From Candidatus Harpocratesius repetitus (GTDB taxonomy: Archaea; Asgardarchaeota; Lokiarchaeia; Sigyniarchaeales; Promethearchaeaceae), in contig JAIZWK010000001.1 in the NCBI GenBank assembly GCA_021498095.1, forward strand, positions 1,238,337 through 1,262,336: a DNA stretch of 24,000 nt, read 5' to 3'. Under the pieces are notes generated by a model that was not told where the DNA came from, ran no database searches, and saw only the letters and a program-made list of their open reading frames with translations. The translations under genes and the position numbers were made by a program. Positions 23,663 to 24,000 of this stretch are shown here, piece after piece. Every line of letters begins with the position of its first letter. Position 1 is the first letter of the stretch.

Positions 23663-24000
23663 TTAAGGAAATAAAATTAATAATAATAATAAAATTGCAT
23701 CAAATCCAATTTCTAACACGACTGTCCATTTTTTTGAAGTCAAATCAGGAAGCCACGAAAACCAGGTATTTCGAACTTTATCGATATATGGATGTATGTA
23801 TGGTCCTTTTTTAAAAATAGGGCGCATAATATACCAATCTATTATGTCCGGAAGCGTTGCAGCTAACATGACCCACCAATATTGAGGTAGATAGAAAATT
23901 ATCAGGAGCAAACTACCAATATAAACAAAAATTATATGATAACTAAGCCAAAATAAGTCTTTCCATTGAGCATTAGGAACATGATAAGTAATTTTTGCAA
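23663..24000 (-). CDS. Hypothetical membrane protein, 5'-truncated at window edge
   Basis: The listed start (23911) is TTG. The same frame stays open to nt 24000 (...AKITYHVPNAQWKDLFWLSYHIIFVYIGSLLLIIFYLPQYWW...), so the gene begins right of the window. It is hydrophobic and Trp-rich. Its stop abuts the next gene. Confidence 0.5.
   Translation of the reverse strand, partial: AKITYHVPNAQWKDLFWLSYHIIFVYIGSLLLIIFYLPQYWWVMLAATLPDIIDWYIMRPIFKKGPYIHPYIDKVRNTWFSWLPDLTSKKWTVVLEIGFDAILLLLLILFP

Noticed and set aside
19984-24000. Integrated element with att repeat derived from the tRNA-Leu 3' end
   Set aside because: Scanning by eye, I found only an 8-nt match (aaatcccc near 20214), which is not significant. 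There is no integrase or recombinase gene in the window.
1-24000. CRISPR arrays, rRNA genes, transposases/IS elements
   Set aside because: No regularly spaced direct repeats, no rRNA-like conserved segments, and no transposase- or integrase-like ORFs were seen on either strand.

Overview
AT-rich archaeal chromosomal segment. The archaeal call rests on TFB, an archaeal-type SepF, an SMC/kleisin-like/ScpB-like cluster and a type-II tRNA-Leu. Many proteins carry Lys/Glu/Asn low-complexity inserts. This style is reminiscent of Asgard/Lokiarchaeia-like genomes, but the taxon cannot be verified from the sequence alone.

Left third (1-6.9 kb): a tightly coupled unknown/SMC/kleisin-like/ScpB-like cluster, followed by sepF, a small unknown gene and a cold-shock protein.

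Middle (7-17.4 kb): a long minus-strand run. It holds a membrane-anchored alpha/beta hydrolase, a 1053-aa Eco57I/PglX-style N6-adenine DNA methyltransferase with no recognisable nuclease domain, a 4-TM protein with a gelsolin-repeat-like N-terminal domain, TFB, a 950-aa GH35/GH42-like protein whose catalytic motif looks substituted, and a duplicated Cys/His-rich protein with six CxxC-x(7-8)-HxC modules.

Right third (17.7-24 kb): an APC permease with extra C-terminal TM helices and tRNA-Leu(GAG). After the tRNA comes a small accessory-looking stretch: a small SD-preceded ORF, a membrane zinc-ribbon protein, a divergent RHH/UPF0175-like plus PIN pair sharing a palindromic TATA box, and a patatin-like phospholipase. 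Two membrane proteins follow, the last truncated by the window edge.

No CRISPR array, rRNA, transposase or integrase was seen. Several ORF-track starts are TTG/GTG; I re-derived ATG starts where they looked more plausible. All family assignments are motif-level readings by eye, not database hits.
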